Assembly (NCBI RefSeq): GCF_964355755.1
Contig: NC_092673.1
Location: forward strand, 26,719,648 to 26,783,647
DNA: 64,000 nucleotides
DNA from: Antedon mediterranea
Taxonomy: Eukaryota > Animalia > Echinodermata
Direction of reading: 5' to 3'
The notes beneath the pieces are model-generated. The model did not search any database. It saw only the letters and a program-made list of their open reading frames with translations, and was not told the origin of the DNA. Below are positions 28,901 through 40,749 of the stretch, one piece after another; the stretch's first letter is position 1; every line of letters starts with the position of its first letter. The position numbers and the translations under genes were made by a program.

Positions 28901-31900
28901 ATTGATTGTATTGTTTTTCTTGTAAAAATGTTATGTGTATTAAAAATAAATCTCGATGATATTATTATTTTCAATATCACACTGAATTAATCGACTCTAT
29001 CGGTGGGATTTACTCTTTCGTCGGTAACATACGCACGTCATCAAATGATTTCTAGGCGCAATTCAATGCTAGCTGCTTTGATCGTATAATACATTCAAGA
29101 AGGCTACGATCGTTTTCCTATTTGCTAGTGCGCTAAAGTCTAATTTCCCTTAACTTAAGGTACATTTAATGTACCTTATTAACTTAAGGTACATTTAATG
29201 TACCTTAGTTAAGTGTATTTGTACATCGGTGCTAGAATGTTTTAAGCCCTACTTCGTGAGAAAGTCGAGTGACAAGGGATGTCACATGGTATTGTGATAC
29301 AGTATCAGTACTGCGATACTGTATGTCACATGGTGCTTTCACCGGCCGCCGCCGAGAGATGTAAGCACGTGTTTTGTTACTGCCATGTCTCTCTTTCGAA
29401 TCGTTTTCCTATTTCCTAGTGCGCTATGAAGTCTTATTTCCGGGCAACTAGAGGTGTCTTACTAATGAGTAGGCCTAGTTTTATTTCATCGGGACTTGCC
29501 CCCGATGTTTGTATATTTGAACGCAAAAAATGTTTTTTATCGCATATGTTTACCCGCCGACGAAAAAAAAGTAGGCTACGATCGTTTTAATGTTCGCTAA
29601 CGCGCTATAAGGTGTCGTTTCCGGCTAACTACAGTTGCCTACTGATGATGAGTAGGCATATTTTTTTTTTCATATATCGCGTACAGTATGTTTATCTGCG
29701 GAAAAGTAGGCTCAATCGGGCTGTTTGCTAGCGCGCTATGAAGTGTCCTTTCCGGCCAACTACAGAGTTGTCCTACTGATGAGTAGGCATTTTTTTTATT
29801 TCATCAGGGAATTCCCCTTGACGTTCGTAATGAACGCAAAAAAATGTTTCTTATCGCGTATGTTTACCGGCGGAAAAAGCAGGCTACGATCGTGCGGTTT
29901 GCTAGCGCGCTATGAAGTGTCTTTCCGGCCAACTACCGAGTTGTCCTACTCATGAGTAGGCCTAGTTTTATTTCATCGGGGAATTCCCCTTGACGTTCGT
30001 ATTGAACGCAAAAACATTTTTTTATCGCGTATGTTTACTGGCGGAAAAAGTATGCTACGATGGTTTTACTGTTTGCTAGTGCGCTATAAAGTTCGTTTCC
30101 GGCCAACTAGAGTTGTCCTACTGATGAGTAGGCTAATGGATTAGGCCTATTTTTTTCATTGGGTCTTCCCCCTGACGTTCGTAATGAACGCAAAAAATGT
30201 TTCTTCGCGTATGTTTACCGGCGGAAAAAGTTGGCTACGATCGTTTTGTTGTTTGCTAGCGCGCTATAAGTGTTATTTCCAGCCAAACCAGAGGCGTCAT
30301 TCAACATAAATGTTATGTGCGAGAGTACCATTTCCGGCCATCTAGGGTGTAAATTACCAAACATCGCTTCGTCACAGCCCCAACCATGGTGGGCCTGTGT
30401 ACTTAGTGTCGTAATGCCCCCCCCCCCCCCCGGGGGGGGGGGGGCCGAAGCGTGACGCTTGATGTGAATCCTGGGGAGAACACTGAAAATATAATTCTTT
30501 TTTTCTTTTAGTGAAAAAAAGGAAAACAATTATTTACCTGAAAAAATGTAATTTAATTTTTAAAGCAAAAAATACTTAAATTGTCTGACAGACAATGGTT
30601 TTTGGTTAAAATTGTCTTGTCTTTTTATTGTAAGTGAAATTTTTTTTTTTTTACAGAAGTAAATAACTTTATTAAAACTGCAAAATGGCCTATTTAAAGT
30701 GATTTTATTAATCTTGTTTTTCATTTTTTTGGGTTACAATACATGATAGTTTGGATTATCTTTTATTTAGTTTATTTTTATTATTTCCAGAAATTTCACA
30801 TATTGTTAGTTATAAACTGTAATATTAATATTAACACTTAATAATAGCGCACATTTCTATGAAACTAATTGATTGAAATAAAGTCTTTAGTAGACAAACC
30901 ACTGTTTCAAATAAAAGTTGTAAAGAGACCACCACATTAGTTTTAAGTGCCAACATGTTTGTTATCTTAAACGAGTTGAGCAAATTGCTTTGATCAAAAA
31001 TACCAACAAACTACATACTAAAACTAGAAATCCAAGGACCAAATGGTTGGTTACTAAATTACAAACACAAACAAAACCTTTGTAAATTGTATTCCATTGC
31101 AATGTTCTATTCATTATCACTGTTTAGCTATAAGATAAATAATTCAGTGTTTAAGTTAAAGATATCGTAGCATTTTTCTTTTTTCGTTCCATTTGAGGAT
31201 GATCTGTGACTAACATGTCCACTAACAAACAATCAACATATCTTTCAATGTTTATTTTGTTAAGGTTTAATGAAGATGCAACATCAATAATTGTGGTAAC
31301 AGTCCACATGAGAAGCAGGATGTGATGTTAAACAGAATTGGTAAGGATGCGTTAGCTTAAGCGCAACATGGACTGTACCATTGTTGGAAAGTTTCTATTT
31401 TACACTTCATCTTTGGTAGGCAAAATGGTAATAAAAGTTATCAATATATTATTACCAGCTACAGTAGGCACAAAAATAGAGTTTGTTATTTCGACACGAA
31501 CGAATATTTGTAAACAATAACGAGGAATGTGAATGTGTCGAAATAACAATGTTAGGATGAAATAGGTCTTGTATAGACGCCATTGACGAAATCTCATCGA
31601 ATTCATGATGCGTCGGACGCATCCCAAAATTGGGCGATATTTATGGTCGGTACTCTAAAATTTATCATAGTCGCTACATATTTTTTCTTTATTTTAAAAA
31701 ACTATTTCAGCTTGAGGGTTCCACTATTTTATCTGCTTGGACAAATCTAATTAGAGGTATAGCAATTCTGATCTGTCCCAAAGGAACACAGATAAATACT
31801 TGACCTTACTATGACCTTTGTCTGTGACAACAAACGTCTAAATAAAAGTAAAGTTTGGTAGTATTGTACATGTTCTTGCCAACATACAAAGAGTCAAGTG

Positions 31901-34900
31901 TTTACACAGGAGGGATATGACTTTGAACTAATCTCTAGTTTACATAATCATTTGGCGCCTCTTGTCATAATAACTACAATTACTGCATTTATTCATCCAT
32001 GATCATGGACAACCATTGTCTCATATTCAAGTAAAGCACTATATAATGTTTACCTGTTACTCCATAGTATATAGTATTATCCAAAGAGGAATATTCCTGC
32101 CACTCAGGTTGAGAACTAATGTAACTTAAATATATATTTAGGGTCTTGCACTGATGAAGGGCTACTGTAGTGTTGCCCGCAAGCTCTGCTAACTTTTCTG
32201 GCTGTTTTACTTTATTGTTTTGATTTAGCTTTACGCTTTTCACTGATACCCACAGCATTGTCATTTTTTCAGTAATTTGCCTTTGGATTTATATATTTAG
32301 GGCCTATTATTTACCCGGGTAAGATGGCTATTGACCAATTATCACCAACTTAACCGGGTAAATAACTAAGTCTGAACACACCCTTACTTTTTACTTTGTA
32401 CAGTTTACTTTTCACATACAAACAATTTTGTTCAGTTTCTTCCTAAAATATCTTTATTTTTATACTTTATGTATTTCAATCTTTTTTCTTATTTTGTTTT
32501 TGCGCGAAAAAAACCCAAATCACTAAAACTATAGCTACAGTATTTAGCTGAGGAGTGCCTTTAACCTTGCCAATTATGATGACTTTGGGCTACAGTACAT
32601 ACAGTACCTCTTATCTGTAGCTATGATTGGCCATTGGCCTACTGCACATACAAATATGTATTTTAAGACAAGGTACTGTAGAAGGTTTTAATCAGCTTTT
32701 ACAATAAAAGAGCTAGATATAAACCTTCACTATATCTGTCCACACTGCACTTCTCTCCTTAAAAATACATTCTATGAACTCTCAGTGAAGACCTCTTAAA
32801 AGCCTAATTTAATTTGAGTCAATTACAGAATGATTTCATATCACATAACATAGCAATCATCAATCAAATTACGCATCAAAATCCAATAAAAACACAAACA
32901 GCTGATGCTGTATAGATAGTCATTGTAAGTGCACATTTGGAGACTGTGGGGGTGGGGTTCAGCTGATGCTGTATCGATAGTCATTGTAAGTGCTCATTTG
33001 GAGAATGTGGGGGTGGCGTTAGGTTTAGATATGGTTTGATACATGCCAACATCTGAAGTTTGGGAGGTGATATTTTTTTTAGGTCAACAGCGCCCTATAT
33101 CTAAGTACACAAGAGGAATCGCATGGCGGCTATGTGAGAGGAATCCATTAAGAAAAAAAATCATAAGCATTTTGTTATATTTGGAAAAAAAATATACAGT
33201 ACATCAACATTCAGTTATCTTTGTAATCCGGAAGGAAACATGGAAAACCAGGAGACAAGTCTAAATTATAAATACCGTACACGATTCTTGGAATGTATGC
33301 GGTTTTACTTTTTAGGCTGGGTGGATGCCCAGTTCTTGTCAGTAAAATTACCTTGGGTTGAGTTAGAATATTTAAATTCTTAGCAAGTTACCTACAGTGT
33401 GCCTGATACTACAGTAGGGCCTGTTCGTAGGGGTGGAAAATACCAGCTTATTCCCAATTTCCGTTCGCGTGACCCAATTAACTTTTGCCTCAGGCTACAA
33501 AAAATTCGAGGCAAAATGTTCACCAAATTTGCAGGTTATTTCAGCGATAATCCAATTATACTCGGCCTTCGAGGATAATAAATCTCCGATAGAGGCGTTG
33601 CGTCAAATTTTGACAAACGTTCGCTGCCTAGGCCCGTCATTTCTCCTACGAAGCTCTTCCATACACGCTTCGAGAGCGATCGTCAGCTGGTGCTGTCCTT
33701 GTTGGTGTAGACCGCTTAGTAGGCCTAGCTGGTCGGTGGTGTTTCGTGTAACATTGGGCTCAAATTCTTCGTCAAGGAGTAAAATAATGGTCGTCAGGAG
33801 AAGGCATATTTTGGCAGGATTATCTGCGTTAAGAGGCATAAGGTTTGTCGCAAGGATAAGCAGTGTAAAAGGTAGCAAGTAATTGTTATTGTAAGAAAGA
33901 TCGCGAGTAAAAAATATACAACATGAAACTAGCGCGCGAAAATGGGGTCGTAGGTTGTAAAGACAACTGACCTTAAAACGTAATTTCCGGTTTGTGATTC
34001 GTCGATTAAGCATTTAAGCGGTTAAATATTTCAAGTACGAACGACGCTCAATTTATAACCCGAGGCATGGGTGAAATTAAGCGCTTATTTTAACCACCGT
34101 ACGAACACGGCCCTAGACTACAATTTTTCTGTGCAATTCCTAGTACTCTTTATCATCATCATCTTCTTATACTGTGCACAATCTCATTTGAGTAAACTTG
34201 TAAGGACATACTAGTAGGATTGGTAAACTCATTAAACTGATCAAATTAAGTCTACAGAACCCAAGCACAAGAGTTTTATGAATAATATTGAGTAAGGGCA
34301 AGGTTAGGCCAATAGTGTAAAACTACAACGTATCAAACGAAACCGTCAACTCAAACCGTAGTCTATGAAGCATGCTATTAAGATAAACATTGAAATACTT
34401 CTTTTTAATAATTCTTCTTGGAGGAACAAGCTAAAACATGAAAATAATTACATTTAGTGAACTTTAACCGGGTAACATTTATTGATAAACAAAAAAAAAA
34501 TATACATCATCACTTTAAAACATCCAAATGTGGCTACAGATTATCATATACCTGTGGTATTCATTTAATACGTCCAATAATAACACCAATATAACCATCG
34601 CCAAAATCAGTGAATAAAGTGTTACACATTTACAAAAAATGTGTTTGATATTTTATCATTAAATTTCAATATAAAATTCACAATTTATTGGAAAATAATC
34701 TTGGATTAAAGGCATATTGTCCTGCTAAAAGATTAATTCTAAACAATTTTTTGCACAAAGTTATTCACTTTTACCAAAAATTTAATTTAAAAAAAATAGG
34801 TTTCTATGTTTTTGGAGGACAAATGCATCGTTATTGAATAGATAAATAAAAAATATAGATCTTCTGCTTACAGACACGAACATTATAAAAACTTAACCAA

Positions 34901-37900
34901 AGTCAGTTTAACCCCAGTTGGGGTTGAACAGGGACTATTTAAGGAGACATTTCCCAATTTCCAACCAGCAGGAGATAATTCAAACTTTAAATTCCAGATG
35001 ACCTCAAAACTGGCCTGCACTGCATGGTGGACATTAGTTATGAAGCATGGCAGAGGCTAGGCTACAATAAAGCTGCTATGTCCATTACTTTGCATGTGTA
35101 CTGTGTTACTCAACATTACAACATCTGTGGACCAGGTCTTATGTTGAGAGAAATATTACATGTTAAAAGTTATCCTTACAGTACTTTACTATTTAATTTC
35201 CAGTGGACATTAGTTATCATAGTACTGTACATCGCATGTCTACAGTACTGTATTGCGTTACTGTAATACTGTACTTTGTATCTATTGATACATTATATTG
35301 GGAGTTAATAAAAACATTTTAACATTCAATTTAAAGTTTTCCTAGATACTCCTGTACATACAGTATGTATGTAAACTAGTTATTGTAGAATAAATTTAGG
35401 TTTCAATTATTTAACATTAACAAGCCTTATAAAACAAGAGATACAGGCATTACATGCATGCAAGAAAGGAATATGTGGTTGGAAGAGAAGCCCTAACAGA
35501 AGCGAAAAGTGGTTTAAAACATTTCAACTATACATCCATCCACTACATGTAGTATAGTACAGTAACATGAAGGCCTGTACTGTGGATGTAGGGCAATCTT
35601 GTTTTAGAGAGTTCATGGTAGAGGCCTAAAGGCATTTAAAAGACACCATAAACCTACTGTATGTGGCTATATTCAGCATCAGAAATCATCAGGCCTAGCA
35701 AAACACAGGCTAATATTACACATACCAAGTGGCTGGTGATAAAACTGTAAACAGTTTAATAATATTAATAATAACATAAAGGCCAGTTTCAAATCCCTTT
35801 TCACTATACAGTAATTCATGCATTATATGTAAGCATATATATATGTAATTGGTAGAAAATGTTGTTGAATTATTTTGTATAACTTTTAAATATTGTCTGG
35901 ACTTTTCTATTGATTTTAATCTTTTTTATGTATTTTAAACTGTAGTATATAAAGAAAGATTTTTATTTTTATTTTAGAATTACTGTAGACCAATAAAAGA
36001 ATTTGATAAATTTCTAAACTTGTAAACTAATTTTCCTTTCAAATTATGTGGGTATAAAGATAAAAGTAATTTATCATATTGGTAAACTATCGTCAGTTTA
36101 AGATTGCTTTTGGTTGGAAATAAATCAATTTCATCAAAATGGATTCCTTTCATGTAACATATTTTTTCCAATGCGTTATCTTTCTCTGCATTGTAGTTTA
36201 ACAGTAGATTTATATTAACTCAGGAAAAGGTAATTATTATTAATTGAATGGTAGCGGATTTCAATGGTTCCTTTTCCACCTTCATTTTGGGCATCAACCG
36301 TATCCAATAAAACAAAAATGGGTCTTTTGTCAATTTTCCCACTGTAAACTTGTCTGGTAACAACAGCCTATTAAAATGGTATTATTAATGTTTGACCTTG
36401 ACTTGATCTTGGCTTTCATAAAACTTTGCTTTTGTTATATTTAGTTTAAAAACTGACTTTAAAATCACAAAAACAATGGAAATAACACTGTATCATCAAA
36501 TTGTGTGAAGTAAAAAGTACAGTGATACAAACAAACACTATTGAAGTATAATAGCATTTATTTTTATTTTATTTTATTTCAACAATATTTTATGAGGGTG
36601 GTCCATCCAGCATCAGCTGATCATTAGGGACCCTCAAACAAAACAAACAGAAAATACAAAATAAACTATCAGATACTGTATATAAAGTAGAAATATAGTA
36701 TACGGTACTTTTGTTATTAACAAATGTTTAATCATCTTTGTTGATGAGTAAAGAAACAAAAAATGTTTATATACTGTACTATCTGCCTTCATTTTAATGC
36801 TGTATCTATATGATTTACTGGTAAATTAATTATGGATGGCAAGATCAATTACCGCTATTATTATTTTACCGCTATTTTAGTGGCATTTCTACTCTTCAGT
36901 GGTATAATGCACAGGGAAATGGCCCCTCAGGTTTAACACTGGCTCTAACCCTACAGTAGGTAATTGCATTAATGGGCTGCTCATACTCTAGGGCCTACCC
37001 CTTAAGCTTAAGGGCCAGTGAGCACTCATAGCTAGTATGCCACTGCTACTCTTCCCGTTCCGATGTGTTACCTTATTTTATTATCATATTGTATAAAACT
37101 GTATGGATGAATTTTTTTTAAATTAGCATAGTTTTACGAATTAGAACCAAAGGAGCTTATTATTTATTGTTAAAAAAAGCACACTGATCTAATCTAAATG
37201 GTAAATCATTTATCCTGTGTAATATGATCCCACTAACATAATAGTCCTCATTAAAATTAATAGCTTCCATACAAAGAACAAATGTCAAACAAAGGAGGCA
37301 TAGCATTGTGCATGAATTCATATTTTCATAATGGCTTTATATTAATATCTTAATGTCGGGGTGATATCGGTAAGTACAGTCGATGATAAGGTCGATCGTT
37401 GGGTCTTACTTATTCAGGCTACTCCTTATATTTTCCTTTTTAACAGAAAAAAGGAATGCATTATTATTATATAGGAAGATCTGAGAAAATCTGCGAATCA
37501 AAGAGTTTATTTCATAATAAATATTTATTTTCACAACACAAGTAATATTAATATTGAATTTAATAATTAAAAAAAAAAGAATTTAAAAAATTATTTGTTA
37601 GATAGAAAAAAAAAGTAGACACAATTTAAGAATACTGTATCAAAACTTTAAAAAAAAACTTTTTGTAATTGAAAAAAGATTGAATCTGCAATAAAAGTTT
37701 AAACAAGACAACTCTTTATTGACAAATCCTGCGTACATAAGAAATAAGTAAATGTTAGTGATGCTCATGGATGATTTGATATCGTCCATTCTTACCTAAG
37801 TTGAGGGTGAGGTTGACAGAATTTGGAAATTGTACTTCCTCCAACATCGTCTCACTTTGCCACCACGTAATTGCATCTTCATCGTGAAAATCCGTCAAAT

Positions 37901-38240
37901 ATTTGGAAGGATGTGAGGCTGTTGGATGTGTAGAATTACAAAGATGACATGATTTTGTTACACCAGTTACTCCAGTTTGTAGGCAGTATTTAGTCGGGTT
38001 TTGGCGTTGCCCACACGTATTTCCAGCCACCACGGGTAGTTCAAACGCCGCGTTCATAAATGGAGGAACACACCTCTGAGCATCACCAAAAGAATCGTAA
38101 CATTTACTCATGCCCGTTTCATCCCCAGCATCGAGAGCTTGTGATATACTCCTTGTAAATAAACTGGTTAGAATTAGACAAAAAATGGCCGATTTGTAGC
38201 TGGTTAGTCTTATGTTCAACAAATCCCCAACACCCGCCAT
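4973..38240 (-). CDS. LAMC1: Laminin subunit gamma-1-like, complete, 28 coding exons, 1626 aa
   Basis: Exons (all GT-AG; total 4881 nt, divisible by 3): 38240-37796, 26284-25983, 24749-24619, 23886-23708, 19344-19156, 17591-17474, 16977-16870, 16392-16256, 16037-15915, 15412-15223, 14673-14561, 14210-13977, 13400-13215, 13123-12994, 12733-12621, 12519-12232, 11738-11601, 10929-10738, 10430-10323, 9560-9380, 8954-8820, 8308-8134, 7849-7727, 7520-7406, 7054-6855, 6414-6256, 5456-5357, 5241-4973. Domains: signal peptide, LN domain ([34 protein letters not shown]), LE repeats, L4 domain, nidogen-binding [10 protein letters not shown], long coiled coil and a C-terminal CYNKVRIE tail. The L4 domain and coiled coil exclude netrin. 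Confidence 0.97.
5920..6240 (+). mobile_element. tRNA-derived SINE
   Basis: A-box TGGTCAAGTGG, B-box GGTTCGAGGCC, central GTCCAGTGTAC...GCACTTTAAAGAACCC block resembling a conserved SINE central (Meta-type) domain, A-rich tail (TAAAA)n. Related decayed copies at ~11880-12065 (-) and ~25095-25210 (+). Confidence 0.7.
6577..6762. mobile_element. Decayed MITE family with TTAAAG..ATTGTCCCC / GGGGACAATAC ends (Kolobok-like, TTAA target)
   Basis: Shared internal AAAACTGCAAAATAGC and terminal GGGGACAATAC. Further copies at ~17149-17423, ~18800-19002, 28482-30745 (split by a hAT insertion) and ~34706-34830. Confidence 0.5.
9178..9278. mobile_element. Half copy of the Harbinger/Tourist-like MITE seen intact at 45938-46116
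   Basis: ACCAATCACAAGCGATGG...TTGCGTTACGTCCTAGTGGGACTCAAGCT aligns by eye with the right half of 45938-46116. Confidence 0.7.
9744..9925. repeat. Small inverted-repeat element (MITE-like)
   Basis: CCCACCTGTCCGACTCAAATTTTGA is an imperfect inverted repeat of TCAAAATCAGAGTCAGGTGGG. Confidence 0.45.
10052..10169. repeat. Palindromic element (MITE-like hairpin)
   Basis: GGCAAACAAAATCAAACGTCAATGTTTCATTTTCATG pairs with CATGAAAACAAAACATTGACGTTCATTTGATTTGCC. Confidence 0.55.
11880..12065 (-). mobile_element. Decayed tRNA-derived SINE (same family as 5920-6240)
   Basis: Reverse complement contains GGGTTCAAGG..GTTCTGGTGGTAGAA..TATAAACCGTAGGTCTAGTGTACGCAA, matching the 5920 copy. Confidence 0.55.
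15063..15220. repeat. Minisatellite, ~37-40-bp unit x4, abutting the donor of laminin exon 10
   Basis: CTTTTAGCTGCCATTCCACCACATGCTCCTCCCCACTA repeated about four times. Confidence 0.85.
17664..18582. mobile_element. Non-autonomous PIF/Harbinger-like element with a damaged left end
   Basis: 27-bp perfect IR GTTCATATCGAACTTAGGGCGAGATAA. The right end continues ...GGGCC|TAA (Harbinger-type terminus and target). Subterminal TAGGGCGAGAT repeats. Confidence 0.8.
21557..21722. mobile_element. Harbinger/Tourist-like MITE (AGCTCTGTCTACACTAT family)
   Basis: Ends AAGCTGTGTCTA / TAGTATAGACAGAGCTT and internal duplicated ATCACTACCATATTT. Relatives at ~1085-1160, 14926-14990 and 48552-48690. Confidence 0.7.
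22034..22453. repeat. Tandem repeat, 143-bp unit x ~3
   Basis: AATGGATTGGTTCCCTGTCTATTGG recurs at 22034, 22177 and 22320; units are nearly identical. Confidence 0.95.
23341..23408 (+). pseudogene. tRNA-like relic / SINE head
   Basis: A-box TAGCTTAGTGG and degenerate B-box GGTTTAAATCC with tRNA-like spacing; cloverleaf stems are broken. Confidence 0.45.
26400..26880 (-). mobile_element. Possible highly decayed LINE (L2/CR1 group) ORF2 fragment
   Basis: Minus-strand peptide LPHLGIITW resembles the post-RT P-x-L-x-YG-x-x-x-WG motif of L2/Crack LINEs; frame is interrupted. Confidence 0.3.
28507..30485. mobile_element. Non-autonomous hAT-like transposon with internal tandem repeats, nested in an older MITE
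   Basis: Perfect 16-bp TIR CAGTGTTCTCCCCAGG / CCTGGGGAGAACACTG, flanks AAAAT/AAAAT, four subterminal CCGTGACGCTT at 20-21-bp spacing, ~174-bp internal repeats (29400-30290) and a 65-bp duplication (28784/29335). Confidence 0.9.
32899..33020. repeat. Direct tandem duplication, ~61 bp x2
   Basis: CAGCTGATGCTGTAT.GATAGTCATTGTAAGTGC.CATTTGGAGA.TGTGGGGGTGG occurs twice. Confidence 0.9.
33417..34113. mobile_element. Non-autonomous PIF/Harbinger-like element
   Basis: Imperfect TIR GGGCCTGTTCGTAGGGGTGG..AAATA / TATTTTAACCACCGTACGAACACGGCCC, TA/TAG flanks, and a CpG-rich interior that accounts for ORFs 33433-33882 and 33603-34013. Confidence 0.7.
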
Positions 38241-38532
38241 GGTTCTCTATCTACCGTCACACACTACTACCAGCCTACAAAAGCAATCAAAAGTACCTAA
38301 AGAAAATGGAAGGATCTAAATCTCCCTACTCCAATCCAGGAGTTCTTCTACGCATGTGTAGATATCTAGTACGTCATCATATATATATCGTATTTTACTT
38401 GCGGTCCGGCCATGTAGTATTTTACTCGTACTTCGCTATTTTCTACCGTATTACTTAAATGTATATCGCTTTCCCAGACCATCCTCCTCAGCTATATAGG
38501 CTAATACACATGAAATTATGAAATTACATGAC

Positions 38533-40200
38533 ATTTATTATTTGTCATCCTTCAGGGCAGGTATTGTATGATTCCACTGTACATAGCCGTATACCTGCCC
38601 TGACGTATGACAAATAAGACAACATTATTTTATTATTTGTCATCCTTCAGGGCAGGATTGTATGATTCCACTGTACCATGGAGTAATGACAAATAATATA
38701 TTGATTATTTGTCATCCTTCAGGGCAGGTATGGTATGGTTCCACTGTACATAGTCGTATACCTGCCCTGACGTATGACAAATAAGACATTTAATATTTGT
38801 CATCCTTCAGGACAGGTATTGTATGATTCCACTGTACATAGCCGTATACCTGCCCTGACGTATGACAAATAAGACATTTATTATTTGTCATCCTTCAGGG
38901 CAGGTTATTGTATGATTCCACTGTACATAGTCGTATACCTGCCCTGACGTATGACAAATAAGACATTTATTATTTGTCAGCCTTCAGGGCAGGTATTGTA
39001 TGATTCCACTGTACATAGCCGTATACCTGCCCTGACGTATGACAAATAAGACATTTATTATTTGTCATCCTTCAGGGCAGGTACGTATGATTCCACTGTA
39101 CATAGTCGTATACCTGCCCTGACGTATGACAAATAAGACATTTATTATTTGTCATCCTTCAGGGCAGGTATTGTATATGATTCCACTGTACATAGTCGTA
39201 TACCTGCCCTGACGTATGACAAATAAGATATTTATTATTTGTCATCCTTCAGGGCAGGTATTGTATGATTCCACTGTACATAGCCGTATAACTGCCCTGA
39301 CGTATGACAAATAAGACATTTATTATTTGTCATCCTTCAGGGCAGGTATTGTATGATTCCACTGTACATAGCCGTATACCTGCCCTGACGTATGACAAAT
39401 AAGATATTGATTATTTGTCATCCTTCAGGGCAGGTATGGTATTGTTCCACTGTACATAGTCGTATACCTGCCCTGACGTATGACAAATAAGACATTTATT
39501 ATTTGTCATCCTTCAGGACAGGTATTGTATGATTCCACTGTACATAGCCGTATACCTGCCCTGACGTATGACAAATAAGACATTTATTATTTGTCATCCT
39601 TCAGGGCAGGTATTGTATGATTCCACTGTACATAGTCGTATACCTGCCCTGACGTATGACAAATAAGACATTTATTATTTGTCAGCCTTCAGGGCAGGTA
39701 TTGTATGATTCCACTGTACATAGCCGTATACCTGCCCTGACGTATGACAAATAAGACATTTATTATTTGTCATCCTTCAGGGCAGGTATTGTATGATTCC
39801 ACTGTACATAGTCGTATACCTGCCCTGACGTATGACAAATAAGACATTTATTATTTGTCATCCTTCAGGGCAGGTATTGTATATGATTCCACTGTACATA
39901 GTCGTATACCTGCCCTGACGTATGACAAATAAGATATTTATTATTTGTCATCCTTCAGGGCAGGTATTGTATGATTCCACTGTACATAGTCGTATACCTG
40001 CCCTGACGTATGACAAATAAGATATTGATTATTTGTCATCCTTCAGGGCAGGTATTGTATGATTCCACTGTACATAGTCGTATACCTGCCCTGACGTATG
40101 ACAAATAAGATATTTATTATTTGTCATCCTTCAGGGCAGGTTGATTGTATGATTCCACTGTACATAGTCGTATACCTGCCCTGACGTATGACAAATAAGA
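38533..40200 (+). repeat. Tandem array of an 88-bp palindromic unit, 19 copies (left arm)
   Basis: Unit TTATTTGTCAT-CCT-TCAGGGCAGGTAT-26 nt-ATACCTGCCCTGA-CGT-ATGACAAATAA-GACATTTA. I counted 19 TTTGTCA starts from 38541 to 40120; unit 2 is internally deleted. Confidence 0.97.
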
Positions 40201-40749
40201 TATCGATAGTCTAATCTATACCTTACCAATTCTCTAAGTGATTATGTTGAATTCGAACTATTATTTACTTTACTATTATGTTATGTTATGTTATGTTAAA
40301 AAATGTTGCAAATTTAGATTTTGTTGCCTTTTTTCATATATACATCACTAGTGTCTCGTGTGTAATTAAAACAATATTTAAATCGAGTTATAATAATTAT
40401 GTACAATAATCGGTACCGGTGTCGATCACTATGAGTGTAATTATTTAGTTTATCTGAAAAATATTCTTAAATTATATTATTTTGATCGAAATAATGATTT
40501 TGATATAATATTGATTGTTCAAAATGTTACCCTAAAATACAAATCTGCTGTTGGTTATTTTAAGTGTTTTATTTATTATTCTAAAATAAAGATATATTAT
40601 TTCAATTATAAAATAAAAGTCACTCGTTATCGTGAATGTGTTTGTATTATCAACATTGTTGATCACGAATGGAGCCTCGGGTATATGAGCTGTTGGGTAC
40701 GGTACCGAATAAAGTGAAGAAAAAAAACCATTTTTTTTCAAAAATGATT

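Noticed and set aside
33433-34013. Overlapping ORFs of 149 and 136 aa as genes
   Set aside because: They lie within a TIR element and show no recognisable domain; at most a transposase N-terminal relic.
23708-38240. Netrin gene
   Set aside because: The LN-LE exons splice in frame into L4, more LE modules and a laminin coiled coil; there is no NTR/C345C domain.
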